64,000 nucleotides of DNA from an uncultured delta proteobacterium (lineage in GTDB: Bacteria; Myxococcota_A; Polyangia; Polyangiales; JAFGIB01), in assembly GCA_963778655.1 (NCBI GenBank), contig CAVZVA010000010.1:960001-1024000 (forward strand). Direction: 5' to 3'. The translations under genes and the position numbers were made by a program. This document shows positions 47,536 to 57,430 of this stretch, piece after piece. Every line of letters starts with the position of its first letter. Within the stretch, counting starts at the first letter, position 1. The notes beneath the pieces were generated by a model, which had not been told where the DNA came from, did not search any database, and worked only from the letters and a program-made list of their open reading frames with translations.

Positions 47536-50500
47536 TCACACCTCCAGCCGGTCGCCGGGTCGTGACAGCCAGCGGTAGAGCACCGGCAAGAGGAAGATGC
47601 TCAGGGCGATGCGGGAGAGCAGGCCCCCGACGATCACCTGGGCAAAGGGGCGCTGGCTGTCGCTGCCGATCGCCTGCGAGAAGGCGGCGGGCATCAGGCC
47701 TACGCACGCCACCAGCGCGGTCATCAGGATCGGGCGGATGCGCACCGCGGCGCTCTGGCGCGTGGCGTCGTCGATCGACGCGCCCGCCAGGCGCAGCTTG
47801 TTGGCGTGGCTGATGAAGATCACGCCGGTCTGCACGGAGATCCCGAACAGCGCCAAGAAGCCGAGACCCGAGCTCACGCTGAAGTTGGTGCGAAACGCCC
47901 ACAGCGCGAGCAGCCCACCCTCGGGCATGGTCAGCAGCACGCTGAGCGCCAGGATCAGAGGGTACTTGAGGTTGCCGTACAGGCCGAAGATCAAGAAGAA
48001 GATCAGCAGCAGCGTGAGCGGTACGATCACCAGCATTTCCGCGCGCGCGTGCAGGAAGTCGCGGTACTCGCCTCCCCACTGCAGCTCGTAGCCGGTGGGA
48101 ACGTGGACGCTGTTCTGCACCGCGCGCCGCGCCGCCTCCACCGCCGAGCCCAGGTCGCGACCCTCGACCGAGTACTGCACGCCGATGTAGCGCTCGCCCG
48201 ACTCGCGGTAGACGAATGCGGCTCCCTGCTCCACCGTCAGCGTCGCAAAGGTCGACAGCGGCAGCCGCTGCCCGCTCGGGGTGGTCACCAGCAGCCGGCC
48301 GATCGCGTCCGGATTGTCGCGGTAGCGCGCGTTCATCCTCACCACCAGGTCGAACGCGCGCTCGCCCTGGATCACCGAGGTGGCGGGCACGCCGCCCACG
48401 GCCGCCTCGATCAGGCTGTTGATGGTGGAAACGTCGAGCCCGTAGCGCGACAGCTTCTGGCGATCGATCTTGACGTCCAGGCTCGGTTGTCCGAGCTCCC
48501 GCACCACGGTCACGTGCTCGATGCCCCGCACCTTGCCGATCGCGCGCTTGATCCCGAGCGCGAGCTTCTCCAGCGTGTGCAGATCGGGCCCGAAGACCTT
48601 GACCGCGAGTGAGCTCTTGAGCCCGGTCGAAGCCTCGTCGACTGCGTCTTCGGCCGGCTGCGTGTAGTTGAAAATGATTCCCGGGAACGCCTTGAGCCGC
48701 TTGTCGACCGCGGCGATCAGCTCTTCTTTGGTGTGAATCGCGCCGGTCCACTGATCGTACGGCTTCAGGCCCACGTAGAACTCGCAGTTGAAGAAGCCGG
48801 TGGGGTCGGTGCCGTCGTCCGGACGCCCGAGCTCGTTGGCCACCGTGGTGACCTCGGAAAAGCTCGAGAGCACCTTGCGGACGCGAGGCGCGATCTTGCT
48901 CGCCTCGTCGAAGCTGATGGTGTAGGGCATGGTCGCGCGCACCCACAGCGCGCCTTCATCGAGCTTGGGCATGAACTCCGAGCCGATGTCGAAGAGGGTG
49001 AGCGACGAGGCTGCAAACGCCAGCACACAGGTGAGCAGCGTGAGCTTGGGGCGCGCGAGCGCACGGTCCAGGGTCGCCAGGTACCAGCGCTTGAACACCC
49101 CGAAGATCCTGCCCTCGCGGTCGACCACGCCCTTGCGCATGAACATGCGGCACAACACCGGCAGCAAGGTCAGCGTGAAGATCAGCGTCCCCAGCAGCGC
49201 GAACACCACGGTGTCGGCCATCGGAGCGAACAGACGCTGCTCGGGCCCGGTCAGCGCATAGATCGGCAGGTAGGCCGCGATGATCACGGCGGTCGAGTAG
49301 AAGATCGGGCGCCCCACGTCCCGGGCGGCGCCGAGCAGCACCTCGTCGATCGGCCCTGATTCCCCGCGCTGCCGCCGCTCTCCGAGCTCGCGGAAGATGT
49401 TCTCGACCATGATCACGCCGGCGTCGACCAGAATGCCGAAGTCGATCGCGCCCAGCGACAGCAGGTTGACCGGCACGTCCCGGCCCTTCAGCAGCAGGAA
49501 CGCCGCGGCCAGCGCCAGCGGAATGGTCGAGGCCACGATCAGCCCGGTGCGGACGCTGTGCAGAAACAGCACCAGGATCAGCGTGACCAGCAGCACGCCG
49601 AGCACGAGGTTGCGCTCGACCGTCTGCGTCGTGAGTCGAACCAGATCGGTCCGGTCGTAGAACGGCCGGACGCGCACGTCGCGAGGCAGAATGTTGCGGT
49701 TCAGGTGCTCGGTTACGCGCTGCACGCGCTTGAGCACGGTTTGGGTCGGGTCGCCGGTGCGCAGGAAGATCACCCCCTCGACCGCGTCGTCCTTGTCCAT
49801 GAAGCCGAACTGCCCCAGGCGTGGCGCGTGGCCGATCTGCACCTTGCCGACGTCGCCGACCCGGATCGGCACTCCCCCGTGCGTCGCCACCACCGTGTTG
49901 CGGATGTCGGTGAGGTCGGTGAGCCGGCCCAGGCCGCGCACGTAATAGAACTGGCCGCCCAGCTGATAGAAGCCGCCGCCGGCGTTCTCGTTGTTGCGAC
50001 CGAGCGCGCCCACCACGTCGTCGACCGACACGCCATAGGTGTTGAGCGCGTTTGAATCGAGCACGACCTGGTACTGGCGCGTTGTGCCGCCGAGGGCGGA
50101 GTCGTCCGCGACCCCGGGGATCGCCTTGTAGCGCCGGTACACCACCCAGTCCTGCAGCACCTTCAGCTCCTGGGGCGAGCGGTCCGGGCTCTCCAGCACG
50201 TAGCGATAGATCAGCCCCGAGGGCGAAAACAACGGCGACATCGACGGGCTCACCCCGTCGGGCAGCTCCGCGTCGCCCATGCGCTGGAAGACCTGCTCGC
50301 GGTCGAAGTAGGGATCGGACTTGTAGTCGAAGATCAAGATCACGTCCGACAGGCCGTAGAGCGAGATCGAGCGCTGCACCTGCAGCCGCGGCGCCCCGTT
50401 GAAGGCGATCTCGAGCGGAACGGTGATCAGGCGCTCGACCTCCTCGGCCGCATGACCCGGCCACTGCGTGATCACGTCCACCTTGGGCGGCGACAGGTCG

Positions 50501-50619
50501 GGATAGGCGTCGACCGGGAGCTGGCGGAAGGCGTACGCGCCCGCGGCCAGCACCGCAAGCGCCGCGCCGAGCACGATCAACCTTTGCCGCAGCGCGGCCG
50601 CTATGAGGCGATGGATCAT
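47536..50619 (-). CDS. czcA: CusA/CzcA-family heavy-metal RND transporter
   Basis: LPVDAYPD, NLLSLGAIDFGILVD, EFMPKLDEG, RIRPILMT and QRPFA. Confidence 0.93.
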   Translation of the reverse strand: MIHRLIAAALRQRLIVLGAALAVLAAGAYAFRQLPVDAYPDLSPPKVDVITQWPGHAAEEVERLITVPLEIAFNGAPRLQVQRSISLYGLSDVILIFDYKSDPYFDREQVFQRMGDAELPDGVSPSMSPLFSPSGLIYRYVLESPDRSPQELKVLQDWVVYRRYKAIPGVADDSALGGTTRQYQVVLDSNALNTYGVSVDDVVGALGRNNENAGGGFYQLGGQFYYVRGLGRLTDLTDIRNTVVATHGGVPIRVGDVGKVQIGHAPRLGQFGFMDKDDAVEGVIFLRTGDPTQTVLKRVQRVTEHLNRNILPRDVRVRPFYDRTDLVRLTTQTVERNLVLGVLLVTLILVLFLHSVRTGLIVASTIPLALAAAFLLLKGRDVPVNLLSLGAIDFGILVDAGVIMVENIFRELGERRQRGESGPIDEVLLGAARDVGRPIFYSTAVIIAAYLPIYALTGPEQRLFAPMADTVVFALLGTLIFTLTLLPVLCRMFMRKGVVDREGRIFGVFKRWYLATLDRALARPKLTLLTCVLAFAASSLTLFDIGSEFMPKLDEGALWVRATMPYTISFDEASKIAPRVRKVLSSFSEVTTVANELGRPDDGTDPTGFFNCEFYVGLKPYDQWTGAIHTKEELIAAVDKRLKAFPGIIFNYTQPAEDAVDEASTGLKSSLAVKVFGPDLHTLEKLALGIKRAIGKVRGIEHVTVVRELGQPSLDVKIDRQKLSRYGLDVSTINSLIEAAVGGVPATSVIQGERAFDLVVRMNARYRDNPDAIGRLLVTTPSGQRLPLSTFATLTVEQGAAFVYRESGERYIGVQYSVEGRDLGSAVEAARRAVQNSVHVPTGYELQWGGEYRDFLHARAEMLVIVPLTLLLIFFLIFGLYGNLKYPLILALSVLLTMPEGGLLALWAFRTNFSVSSGLGFLALFGISVQTGVIFISHANKLRLAGASIDDATRQSAAVRIRPILMTALVACVGLMPAAFSQAIGSDSQRPFAQVIVGGLLSRIALSIFLLPVLYRWLSRPGDRLEV

Positions 50620-51729
50620 CTATCGGTCCAGGCTGTCGGCGAACTGCACGAACAGCGCTCCGTCGGCGAGCACCTTCTCCCCGTCCTTGAGCCCGCCTTC
50701 GATGGCGTAGTCGTCGCCGACCTGCGGGCCGAGCTCCACGTGGCGACGCGCGAATTTTCCGGGGCTGACTTCCAGGTAGGTGAACGGGAGGTTGTCCTCG
50801 TCGCGCAGCACCGCAGCCACCGGCACCAGCTTCGCGTTTGCGATCTTCTGAGGAATCACCTCGGCGTTGACGTACATGCCGCGCTTGAGCACCCCATCCG
50901 GATTCTGGGCTTCGATCCGGACCGGGATGGTCAGCGTGTCGGCGTCGATCGAGGCGCCGATGTAGCTCACCTTGCCTTCGAGCGGGGTGCTCAACACCGG
51001 CGACCGGATCAGCGCAGTGTCGCCCAGCGCCACCACCCGCAGATCCTGCTGGTAGAGCTGGGCGATGATCCACACCGCCGCCGGATCGGTGATGGTGAAG
51101 CACTGCGTGCTTCCCGCTTGCACCGTTTCGCCCACGGCGATGGTGCGACTGACGACCAGGCCCGCAATCGGCGAGCGCACCAGCGCTTCGCTGTTGACGC
51201 CGCCGGTGATGCTGAGATGCGCCTCGTCGTCGCGCAGCGTTGCCTTGGCCGCAGCCACGTCCAGCTCCGCCTGCTGCAGCTCCTCGAGCGAGATCGCCTT
51301 GTGGGCGTACAGATCCTGGTCGCGCGAGAGGATCACCTGCTTGATCCGCAGCGCCGAGCGATCACGGGCGAGATTGGCCGAGAGATCCGAGGAGTCGGGG
51401 CTCGCGATCGACAACAGGGTTTGACCGCTCTTCACCCGGTCGCCTTCCTGGACCATGACCTTGGTGACCTTGCCGCTGACCAGCGGTACGACGCGGCTGG
51501 TCTTGAGCTCGTCGAAGGCAACCATCGCCGGAACCAACACGGGAAAGGTGACCGGCTTCTCGTGTACCGCCACTACCTGCAGGTGCGCGCGCTGCGCGCT
51601 CGGCACCTCGAACAAGGACGCGCTGGAGCGCTTCGCGGCAGGTGCAGCGTCGCCATCGGCTGCGCACGCCGCGGTGGTCATCGCGAGGCCCAGGCAGACG
51701 GCGGCCAGCTGTGAGGTGCGGCCGCTCAT
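50620..51729 (-). CDS. czcB: RND periplasmic adaptor (CzcB/CusB-like)
   Basis: Lipobox TAAC, GDRVKSGQTL, VRSPIAG and NPDGVLKRGM. Confidence 0.88.
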   Translation of the reverse strand: MSGRTSQLAAVCLGLAMTTAACAADGDAAPAAKRSSASLFEVPSAQRAHLQVVAVHEKPVTFPVLVPAMVAFDELKTSRVVPLVSGKVTKVMVQEGDRVKSGQTLLSIASPDSSDLSANLARDRSALRIKQVILSRDQDLYAHKAISLEELQQAELDVAAAKATLRDDEAHLSITGGVNSEALVRSPIAGLVVSRTIAVGETVQAGSTQCFTITDPAAVWIIAQLYQQDLRVVALGDTALIRSPVLSTPLEGKVSYIGASIDADTLTIPVRIEAQNPDGVLKRGMYVNAEVIPQKIANAKLVPVAAVLRDEDNLPFTYLEVSPGKFARRHVELGPQVGDDYAIEGGLKDGEKVLADGALFVQFADSLDR

Positions 51730-52979
51730 GGCAGCGGGTCTCCTGCCACGAACCGGATGTTCGCGGCCGCCAGGATCGCCTGTGCCTGGGCGGTGCGGTA
51801 GGCGCGCTGCACGTCGCGGTAACTCGACTCCGCGTCCAGGTATTCGAGCAGTGCGCCCCGGCCCTGCTCGTACGAATGCCGGCTGATGTCCAGTGATTCC
51901 TTGGCGGTCTTCACGAAATCCTCCCCGTACGCGGTGAGGCGCTCCTGCGCCGTGCGCCACGCCTGCACCGCGGTGGTGGCCGAGGCGCGCATCTGGTCCT
52001 CGAGCGCGTCGATCGCGAGCTGCGACTTGGTATAGGCGGCCCGCGCCTGAGCGACGGTGCCTTGATTGCGGTCGAGCAGCGGAAGCTCGGCGGTGAGCTG
52101 CAGGTCGTAGCTGCCCGCGGTGCCTGGGATCCGGTTGTAGTCGGCGAGGATGCCGAGATCGGGAATCGGCTGGCGGCGCGCCAGATCGAGCGCGTGGCGC
52201 GCGCTGTCGCGCTGGGCGAGCAGCGCGCGGTAGTCGGGACGGTGAGCCAGCGCGCGTGCGAGCACATCGCGGGCGGCGAGATTGCCGGGCATGTCCGGCG
52301 CATCCAGCGAGCCGACCGCCTGGAAGTCCGCGGCCAGCGTGCTCGCGCCGAGTAGCCGAGTGAGCTCGGCGCGGTCGTCGCTGACGCTCTGCACGGCTTG
52401 TCGTACCGTGTCGTCGACCTCGCGAGCCTGGATGCGCAGCTTGAGCACCTCGCCGTACGCGATCTTGCCGTCCGCGTAGCGCACCTCATTGATTTGCACC
52501 GATTGCTCGAAGGTCTGCTGGTCTTGCTTCGCGAACTCGAGCAAGGCCTGGTCGAGCAGCAGTTGAACGAAAGCGCTTTCGACTTGCAGCGCCAGCTCGC
52601 GCCGGGCGGCGGCCTGCGAGGCCTGCGCCGCGCCCACCTCCGAGCGCGCCGAGGCGATCGTGGCCGCGCGCTTGCCGCCGATGGGCAAGGTCCAGGTGAG
52701 GCCGAACTGATTGGGAAGCGGGGCGTCGGCAGGGCTGATGTTGGTGTCGAGCGCGGAGATGAACAGCGCCGGATTGGGCAGCAGCTCGGCCTGGGTGACC
52801 GCGCCGCGCGCCGAGGCCACGTCCTGCTCGGCCGAACGGCTGTCGGGGTTGTGCAGCAGCGCGAGCCGGACGGCTTCAGCAACGGTCAGTCGCTTGACTC
52901 CTGCTTGGGCTGATAGCGCGCTGGGCACGAACAGGCTGGAGCCCACCCATGCCGCCAGCGCGGCGAGTAGCATTCGCAT
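51726..52979 (-). CDS. czcC: TolC/CzcC-family outer-membrane channel
   Basis: AVRLALLHNP, LPNP, LPLLDRNQG and SYEQG...LLEYLDA. Confidence 0.9.
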   Translation of the reverse strand: MRMLLAALAAWVGSSLFVPSALSAQAGVKRLTVAEAVRLALLHNPDSRSAEQDVASARGAVTQAELLPNPALFISALDTNISPADAPLPNQFGLTWTLPIGGKRAATIASARSEVGAAQASQAAARRELALQVESAFVQLLLDQALLEFAKQDQQTFEQSVQINEVRYADGKIAYGEVLKLRIQAREVDDTVRQAVQSVSDDRAELTRLLGASTLAADFQAVGSLDAPDMPGNLAARDVLARALAHRPDYRALLAQRDSARHALDLARRQPIPDLGILADYNRIPGTAGSYDLQLTAELPLLDRNQGTVAQARAAYTKSQLAIDALEDQMRASATTAVQAWRTAQERLTAYGEDFVKTAKESLDISRHSYEQGRGALLEYLDAESSYRDVQRAYRTAQAQAILAAANIRFVAGDPLP

Positions 52980-53138
52980 GATTGAACCAGATCCCAGCGA
53001 CGGAGCCCCGGCCGCGACCGGTGGATTCGGCTCCGCGTTCCGACAGGTGGATGCCCATGTGCGCGCGCGCGTCGCGCTCCGGCTGGAAGCACACGCACGC
53101 GAGCACGCCCGAGAGGCGGCTCGCTCACCGCCTCCGGC

Positions 53139-53504
53139 TCAGGCGGGGGGCCCCTGCTTGGGCGCGAACAGCCACAGCGCGTGGCTCGGCGCAGCGGCGC
53201 GGTCCGCGGGCGGCTGGCTGAGCGCGGCCGGTGGCCGCAGGACCAGAGGCTGGAGCTTGCGCAAGGCGTCACGACGCAGCAGCGACACCAGCGCGCAGCG
53301 TTCGTGCTCGTGTTGCTTGGCGGCTTGTGCGGCCTGAGGCAGGTGCGTTCCCGTGGCACGCCACGGTCCGGGGTGCGAGGCCGCGACGTGCTCCAGGCCG
53401 TGCATCGGACACATCCGGTGCTGCACCAGGATGAGATGGGTTTCCCCCAGCGCCTGGCCGAACAACAGCGCGGCGATCAGCGCGGCCCTCAGCGTCGGCC
53501 ACAC
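53139..53504 (-). CDS. Small His/Cys-rich exported protein (CzcI/DUF2946-like)
   Basis: Signal-like N-terminus, HRMCPMHG, HEHERC and C-terminal APKQGPP; lies upstream of czcC. Confidence 0.65.
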   Translation of the reverse strand: MWPTLRAALIAALLFGQALGETHLILVQHRMCPMHGLEHVAASHPGPWRATGTHLPQAAQAAKQHEHERCALVSLLRRDALRKLQPLVLRPPAALSQPPADRAAAPSHALWLFAPKQGPPA

Positions 53505-53790
53505 GGTGTCGCGTGGGGTAGCTGCGTCTTTGCGCGAAGGGCGTGAGGCGCGCGTGCCGGGTCGCACGCCCTGACCTAAAGCACCGACAGCTCGAAAAGG
53601 CAAGCCGAACGTCGGCTGACGCGCCGTAGCCGTTGGCACCAGGAATCCTGGAAACGCGTCCGTCATGCTCCATGGAGGACACGTCGCCATGACAGCTACC
53701 GTTCATCAACCGCTTTCCCCGCTGAACCGGCCTACGAGCTAATCGGCGAGACCGCGTCCTGAGGATGGGCGCGCAATCGCGGGTCGCCTC

Positions 53791-54051
53791 GCCCCCGGCG
53801 GTCAGAGCTACTGCGCGAGCGACGTGGGGCTGTGCCCGCCCGGGCCGCTGTCCGCGATCCCCCTGCCCAAGGGACGATATCAAGGCAGCTTCGACTGGGA
53901 CGGGGTCAACTGGGGCGGCCCCAGCGACACCGGCGAGCCCAAGGGACCAGCGTTCCCGCCAGGCAAGCACACGCTCAGCGTGAGCACCGCGGGCGAGGCC
54001 GCCGGCAGCTGCTTCACCGTGAGCGCGAGCATGCAGCTCACGCTGCAGTAG
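53791..54051 (+). pseudogene. C-terminal remnant of an exported beta-sandwich-like protein
   Basis: GGQSYCASDVGLC...FDWDGVNWGGPSDTGEPKGPAFPPG has normal codon usage, but there is an in-frame stop at ~53740 and no signal or clear start. Confidence 0.4.
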
Positions 54052-54120
54052 GCCGGCGATCGGTCGGGGTCCTCTCACCTGTTTCTTGGCGCCGGCGCGA
54101 GTCCGGTCGAGACTGCGCCC

Positions 54121-54987
54121 GTGGCGCGGCGCAACTCTTTGGCTCCGCCCGGGGCCGACTACGAGATCCGGATCATCGGTGGCCGCCCCACGCCGCTGCG
54201 CGACTTCTATCATGCGCTCTTGCGCATCTCGTGGCCCGGGACGTTCTCGGTGATCGCCGGGACGTTCCTGTGCGTGAACGCGCTGTTCGCGTGCGCCTTC
54301 GTGCTCAGCGGCGGCATCGCCCACGCGCGGCCGGGCTCGTTCGCGGACGCGTTCTACTTTAGCGTGCAGACCATGGGCACGATCGGCTACGGCGCGATGT
54401 ATCCGACCTCGACCGCGACCAACCTGCTGGTGGTGCTGGAGTCGCTGGTCTCGTTGACGCTGGTCGCGCTCGCCACCGGGCTCGTGTTCGCCAAGTTCTC
54501 GCGTCCCAGCGCGCGCGTGGTGTTCTCTCGGCACGCGGTAATCGGCCCGATGGACGGGGTGCCGACGCTGATGATCCGGCTGGGCAACGAGCGCGGAAAC
54601 CGTATCGTGGACGTGAAGTTCCGCGCCGTGCTTTCGCGCACGGAGCACACCGCCGAGGGGCAGCTGTTCTATCGCACGCTCGACCTCAGACTGGCGCGCG
54701 ATCGCGCGCTGTCGCTGTCGCGCTCGTGGAGCCTGATGCACGTGGTCGACCAGGGCAGCCCGCTATACGGCCAGAGCGCGCAATCGATCGCGGACAGCGA
54801 GGTCGAGATTCAGGTGACCATGGTGGGGCTCGACGACGTGACGATGCAGACCATGCACGCCTCGCGTGTGTACTTCGCGCGCGACGTGCTGTGGGACATG
54901 CGCCTGGCAGACGTGCTGTCCGAGGCCGAAGACGGTGCCATGGTGCTCGACCTGCGCCGCTTTCACGACGTCGAACCGCTGCGTTAG
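54121..54987 (+). CDS. Inward-rectifier potassium channel (KirBac)
   Basis: FYFSVQTMGTIGYG filter, FAKFSRP, TLMIRLGNER and SPLYG. Confidence 0.93.
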   Translation: MARRNSLAPPGADYEIRIIGGRPTPLRDFYHALLRISWPGTFSVIAGTFLCVNALFACAFVLSGGIAHARPGSFADAFYFSVQTMGTIGYGAMYPTSTATNLLVVLESLVSLTLVALATGLVFAKFSRPSARVVFSRHAVIGPMDGVPTLMIRLGNERGNRIVDVKFRAVLSRTEHTAEGQLFYRTLDLRLARDRALSLSRSWSLMHVVDQGSPLYGQSAQSIADSEVEIQVTMVGLDDVTMQTMHASRVYFARDVLWDMRLADVLSEAEDGAMVLDLRRFHDVEPLR

Positions 54988-55033
54988 GCTGCGCCCCGTC
55001 GCATCTACGCCGGGCAACCCGAACGCCTTCGGC

Positions 55034-57430
55034 TCACTCCGCGTCGACGCGCGCAGCAGAGATGTCCTCGAGCTTGAAGACACGCGAATCGAGTGACTCG
55101 AGGTCGGTGGCGAGCAACACCTCGTCACGGCCGCGCCGGCGCAGTGCCTCGGGAATGACCGAATACACGCGCCTTCGACCGTGATCGCTCACTTCGAGGT
55201 GTACGGGGCGTTCGGTCTTGACGGCCTTGTCGACCAGCTCGCGCACGGCTTCTGGCGGCGTCGGCGGCATCGTGCCGAGCGGCGGCTGGCGCCGCATGGT
55301 TGCTGCGTGGAGCTGGAGGGCAGCGTCGAGCTCGTCGCCGGCGCAGCCTTCCATTTCGTCCAGCTCGTCCAGCTCGTCGAAGTCGTCGATGCCGTGTCTG
55401 CGACCGCAGTGCTCGCATACCTCGCCTGTGACGTCATCGTCCTCTTTCGCGGCGAGCGCTTCCAGCGCGCGGTCGATCGCCGCCACGAGCCGCGGCTGCT
55501 GGAGCAACGCGATCGCGCGATCGCCCTCCTTTCGCAAGCGTCCCGCCCGCGAGACAGCCTGGGCCTGCCGATTGAGACTGGCCAAGTCCGATGCCGTCTT
55601 GAGCGTGCGCGAGCGCCACTTGTCGTTGAGCAAGAGCCACGGCAGGACGTGTATCGGCAGCTCCAACGCTGTTTCGGCCTCGACGCGCCTGAGCTTGGGC
55701 ATGCGCCCTATCCACGCGCGCAGCTCGTCCGGCAGCCGCTTCTGCCACTTTCGCAACAGGGCCAGCAGCTCGAAGAGCTCCGCGGGCGCACCCTGCGTGC
55801 GCGCCATGGCTTCGAGCTCGCCAAGCAGTCCGTGGCTCTGGTCCGGCGCAGGAGCCTCGACGCCATAATCGCCGGTCTCTCGCGCGCGCAGCACGGCGGC
55901 GCGCAGCTCCGCATCGGGCTCCGGCAGCGGCGGAAGCGGGCGCTTCGCTGGGAGGTCGAATGCCTCTGGCGCCGCCGCATAGCGCTCCATGCGCCGCTGG
56001 CTCGCGAGCTCGTCGAGGCTGCCGGAGGCGCCCAGAGCGATGCCCGCTTTGGAAAGAATCCTTTCGAGCGCGGAGCCCGTGAGCGACGCAGGCAGCTCGA
56101 CCACGCCGGGCGCTGGTCGACTCAGCAAGTCGGCGCCGAGCCCTGCCGCGATGCGCTCGGCCGATGCGTCGTCTGTGAATAGAAACGTGCCGCGCCGTAC
56201 GTGGGCTATCCGGCTAGCCTTGATCCAATCGTCGAGCATGAAGGCCACATTCTCGGGCAGCCCGTGGGGACCGACACCCGCGAGGGCAGTGCGCAGCTCA
56301 TTGGCTTCCAGTCCGCACGCGAGACCGACCGCGACCGACTGCGGCGTCAGCCGTAAGGTGAGCACGTGGTCCGCCCGCACCAGCTCGCAGCACAGCCCGA
56401 CGCGCACGACGGTTGCAAGGTCGGCGCCGGGGCCGAGCAGCACCTCGAAGCTCGGCGTCACGTGCCCGTCGCCGCCCGCGTGCGCGGGCCGCACTCGGCG
56501 CACCCATTGCGTGCCCGCGTGCTCGGCGACTTGCAGACCCGGCAGCTCGGCCAGCTGCTTGGCGATCGTCTCGACTTCCGGAACGGGGACAAGCCCCATG
56601 TAGAAGGCCGAATCCCGGTACGCGGCGGACCACAGTGCACGAGCCAGCGCTTCCACGCTGGTCCAGCCATCCGCTCCGATCAGGCTGATGCAGCGCAGCA
56701 GGTCGTGGCCGGATGCGGCGAGCATTCCGTCGACCGCCTCCAAGAGCGAGCGTGCGCTGGGCGCAATGCCATCGTGAGTGCCGGCCATCCAACCGAGCCC
56801 TGTCGCCACCGACAGCGCGTGCTCGACTCTGTCGACCTCGATTCCGAGGCCCTTGGCAAGGCGTTTGATCGACCCGCGGTCGGGCAGTCCCCGTTGCGTC
56901 AGCCGGGGCCTGCGATGCGCGGTGAGCGTGACGAGCGCCAGCAGGTCCCGATGTCCGCGGCGCGTCTCACCCGCGGACGCCTCACCCGGCGGCGCCTCAT
57001 GGGGCAAGCTCACTCCGGCCAGCAGCTCGTGGAGGGGCTGCGCCGCCGGCCCGGGCACGCCCGCTTGGCCGCGCGGCGCACCCGTTGCCCAGCTCAGGCC
57101 GAACGCCAGCCCGCTCTCGAACAGCAGCGTCAACGCCGCCGCGATCTGGGACGACCGGCAGCCGGTTCGCGCGCGCACGAGCCCATGCAGGGCGGCGTCG
57201 TGTAGCACGCCCCCGCCTTCGAGCAGCGTCTCCAGCGTTACCAGACACAGCGCCGGCAGTTGCAACAGGCGCGAGCGCAGGAACGCGCGGTCCGAAAGAC
57301 GTTGCGCAAGCTGCTGCGGATCCGCCGTGGAAAGGCCGAGCCTCTTGCCGACGATTGCGCAATCGCTCTCGCTCAGCCTGCCGAGCTGGATCGCGCTGGG
57401 CACACGCTCGTCAGTGAAGCTGCGGGCCAT
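55034..57430 (-). CDS. XPB-associated protein with Helicase_C_3 (XPB N-terminal-like) domain, CxxC motif and C-terminal WYL-like domain
   Basis: HVTPSFEVLL...LRLTPQSV..GL..G...LPENVAFMLDDW, CEHCGRRH, and C-terminal A....RPV.LE...RRVYSVIP...RVFKLEDI. Confidence 0.75.
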   Translation of the reverse strand: MARSFTDERVPSAIQLGRLSESDCAIVGKRLGLSTADPQQLAQRLSDRAFLRSRLLQLPALCLVTLETLLEGGGVLHDAALHGLVRARTGCRSSQIAAALTLLFESGLAFGLSWATGAPRGQAGVPGPAAQPLHELLAGVSLPHEAPPGEASAGETRRGHRDLLALVTLTAHRRPRLTQRGLPDRGSIKRLAKGLGIEVDRVEHALSVATGLGWMAGTHDGIAPSARSLLEAVDGMLAASGHDLLRCISLIGADGWTSVEALARALWSAAYRDSAFYMGLVPVPEVETIAKQLAELPGLQVAEHAGTQWVRRVRPAHAGGDGHVTPSFEVLLGPGADLATVVRVGLCCELVRADHVLTLRLTPQSVAVGLACGLEANELRTALAGVGPHGLPENVAFMLDDWIKASRIAHVRRGTFLFTDDASAERIAAGLGADLLSRPAPGVVELPASLTGSALERILSKAGIALGASGSLDELASQRRMERYAAAPEAFDLPAKRPLPPLPEPDAELRAAVLRARETGDYGVEAPAPDQSHGLLGELEAMARTQGAPAELFELLALLRKWQKRLPDELRAWIGRMPKLRRVEAETALELPIHVLPWLLLNDKWRSRTLKTASDLASLNRQAQAVSRAGRLRKEGDRAIALLQQPRLVAAIDRALEALAAKEDDDVTGEVCEHCGRRHGIDDFDELDELDEMEGCAGDELDAALQLHAATMRRQPPLGTMPPTPPEAVRELVDKAVKTERPVHLEVSDHGRRRVYSVIPEALRRRGRDEVLLATDLESLDSRVFKLEDISAARVDAE

